Assembly: GCF_044704955.1 (NCBI RefSeq)
Contig: NC_091994.1
Location: forward strand, 47,492,001 to 47,556,000
Source of the DNA: Pristiophorus japonicus
Taxonomy: Eukaryota
Length of the DNA: 64,000 nt
Direction: 5' to 3'
Shown here piece by piece: positions 61,474 through 64,000 of the stretch (positions are counted from its first letter, which is position 1; each line of letters opens with the position of its first letter). Under the pieces are notes generated by a model. The model saw only the letters and a list, made by a program, of their open reading frames with translations. It searched no databases and had not been told where the DNA came from. The position numbers were made by a program, and so were the translations under genes.

Positions 61474-64000
61474 TCCCAAAAAGTTAGTTTGCAGGTGCAG
61501 CAGGTAATCAGGAAGGCAAATGGAATGTTGGCCTTCATTGTGAGAGGGATGGAGTACAAAAGCAGGGAGGTCCTGCTGCAACTGTACAGGGTATTGGTGA
61601 GGCCGCACCTGGAGTACTGCGTGCAGTTTTGGTCACCTTACTTAAGGAAGGATATACTAGCTTTGGAGGGGGTACAGAGACGATTCACGAGGCTGATTCC
61701 GGAGATGAGGGGGTTACCTTATAGATAATGGATTGAGTAGACTGGGTCTTTACTCGTTGGAGTTCAGAAGGATGAGGGGTGATCTTATAGAAACATTTAA
61801 AATAATGAAAGGGATAGACAAGATAGAGGCAGAGAGGTTGTTTCCACTGGTCGGGGAGACTAGAACTAGGGGCCACAGCCTCAAAATACGGGGGAACCAA
61901 TTTAAAACCGAGTTGAGAAGGAATTTCTTCTCCCAGAGTGTTGTGAATCTGTGGAATTCTCTGCCCAAGGAAGCAGTTGAGGCTAGCTCATTGAATGTAT
62001 TCAAATCACAGATGGATTTTTATTCAATAAGGGAATTAAGGGTTATGGGGAGCGGGTGGGTAAGTGGAGCTGAGTCCACGGCCAGATCAGCCATGATGGC
62101 GGAGCAGGCTCGAGGGGCTAGATGGCCTACTCCTGTTCCAAATTCTTATGTTCTTCTGTTGAGCCAAAGTGCCTTATCCCAGTCCATGTGGATGCCTCCC
62201 CCAGCCAAAGTGTCTTACACCAGTCCAAGTGGATGCCTCCACCAGCTGAAGTGCCTTACCCAAGCACGTAGATGGGGTATTGTGTATGGATTGTTAACAG
62301 GTTAATTGGGTATGAAGTGAATCATGCCAATTTTGTGACTTCTGTTTATCATCCACTCCAACGATGTCCCTTGTTGGGGTTTTGAAGAACGTGATCTGTT
62401 TTTCCTGAGTTCCCGCTCTCCTCTCCGATCCCACCCGCCCGCCACGCCGCCGCCAGCCGCTCTCCAACAGCCTCTCTCACTCGCGGCCCCAAGGCCCTCC
62501 GACACCCTCAACTGCCTCCCCCGGCCGCCGCTCGGGACTCGTGGCTCATTGCTCAGCGGGAGGCCCGGTCGGCCTAGCGAGTCCCGGTGGGCCCAGTCAG
62601 TCCATGGGTGTGTGGGGGAATTGGTGGGCCTTGCGAGTCCCAGGGAGGGGGAGTCGGTGGGCCTAGCGAGTCCCGAGAGCAGGGGAGGGGGGCAGCGGAG
62701 TCTCGGGGCTCAGCTCCTGCCTCTCGGCACCACGTGGGCAGAATGATTCGGGGCCTGGGAGGGGGCGGTGGGCGGAGCTTGACAGGGGTGGGGCTTGTCG
62801 TCTGTCGGTCAAAAAAGTGCAGTGCAGGGCGGGGGGGCTGGACGGACGCCTGTCTGTCCAAGAAATGTGCAGCACAAATAGTTAGCCTTAAAACGGACCT
62901 CTATCGTCCATTTTCACCAAAAAGTGGAAACTAGGCCCAAAATATCGCTGGAAAAATAGGTCCCCAAGTTTCGGCTCACTTTGCCAAAATGATCGCCGAA
63001 CTGATCGCCCAAAACAAGGCCCATCCCACTTTCGGCACAGAGTCAGCACTTCGCTGGGCTGATGGAAGGCCGAAAACATCGCTGAGAAATAGCTGCTTTT
63101 CCCGGGCTTTACAGAAGGAAATGGGCACTACGGATGCCATTTTGAAGATTGGACGACAGGTGGGGGCAACAGAAAAAACGAGCTAAATAGTTGTGAGTTA
63201 TTTAGAGAGTTATTTATAGATAGATCAACTCAGAATATGATATTATGGTATATATATTGAGAGTAGCTATTGTATAGGCATTTTTTTGTGAAAAGTGTTT
63301 TGTAGATAGTGAAAAGAATTATTGATATTGTTGAGGTCTATTAGACTGACTGGTATACAGTATAGAGAGAGTAGAGAGATTAGTTTAATTTAGTGAAAGT
63401 AATTATTGATAGTGATGGGGCCTATGCTTTCTCTGCCATTACTTGTAACTGCTCACACGCTGGTTTCTGAAAGGATCAAGCGAAGTGATGGCAGAGTAAT
63501 GTGTAGTCCCCTGCAGCAATGGTAGCTGTGACATCGCCCGTCACACACTCCATCATGTACAGGTCGACATGGGCTGTTCGGGAGTCTTCCATCATTTCCA
63601 GACCGGTAATCCTGGACTCCAAGCTGTGTGCAGAGCCCCGTAGAATATTAGAGAGGGACTCCTCCATGTTCCTTGACATTGCCAATAGGCTCTCTGGCAG
63701 GCTAGCCATTGCACCCAGCACTTTGGTCTGCATGTCCATCACCCTTCTGCTGAAGACCGACCCATCAAGGTCCTTATCTGAGTCTTGTGCAGCAGAACCC
63801 GTGTGCGAACTCACTCTCCGGGAAGCTGACCCCGAGCTACCCTTTCCCCCCTGGCCTTGCTGCAGCCCACTTGTGCCCGGTGCCTCACCTGTGCAGATCT
63901 CGCTTCTACTCTAGCCTCAAATATGCGCAGTGCCAGTTTCTGAGCTACTTTCTGCGAGTGACAAATGCAGCAACGCTGCGTTGTCTTCTTCTCCCCCCTC

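Larger units (their letters stand above)
47847..62160 (+). mobile_element. Near full-length CR1 LINE (47847-51953 plus 61474-62160) split by Tx1 insertions
   Basis: 5' tandem repeats; ORF1 48401-49349 (CxxC...CxxC, SGNH esterase GDSIVRG/HIGTHD/DGLHL, one frameshift); ORF2 APE and RT with stops; GVLVHE|SQKVSLQV rejoins across the insertion; CTTATGTT tail. Confidence 0.95.
31830..64000. repeat. Segmental duplication, copy 2, inflated by copy-specific insertions
   Basis: Collinear with 1-16098; lacks 3170-7357 of copy 1; carries two extra Gypsy elements, a short CR1 and the CR1/Tx1 nest. Confidence 0.92.

Overview
Vertebrate genomic DNA, most likely cartilaginous fish (shark/ray), inferred from the cluster-type Ig organisation and the repeat landscape. 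The only host gene is an intact, unrearranged immunoglobulin light-chain cluster of probable sigma isotype on the + strand: octamer/TATA promoter, leader exon 20084-20129, V 20475-20801 with a 12-RSS, J 21182-21218 with a 23-RSS, and C 29867-30189. It sits in a tandemly duplicated unit: 1-16100 recurs at about 31830-64000, which predicts a second cluster just beyond the window. The rest is mostly transposons: CR1, Tx1 and L2-like LINEs, two Gypsy LTR elements plus a solo LTR, PIF/Harbinger derivatives, SINEs and satellites. Two features stand out. (1) A poly(A)-tailed, TSD-flanked retroposon inside the Ig leader intron is built from U2 snRNA pieces (U2 3' end followed by U2 5' end), a candidate shark snRNA-derived SINE. 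(2) Tx1 retrotransposons form repeat/unit arrays at a re-used target site, once inside a CR1 RT gene and once upstream of the Ig promoter; the truncated units share an identical 5' junction but have different 3' UTRs. All identities and divergences were estimated by eye, and family assignments come from recalled motifs, not database searches.
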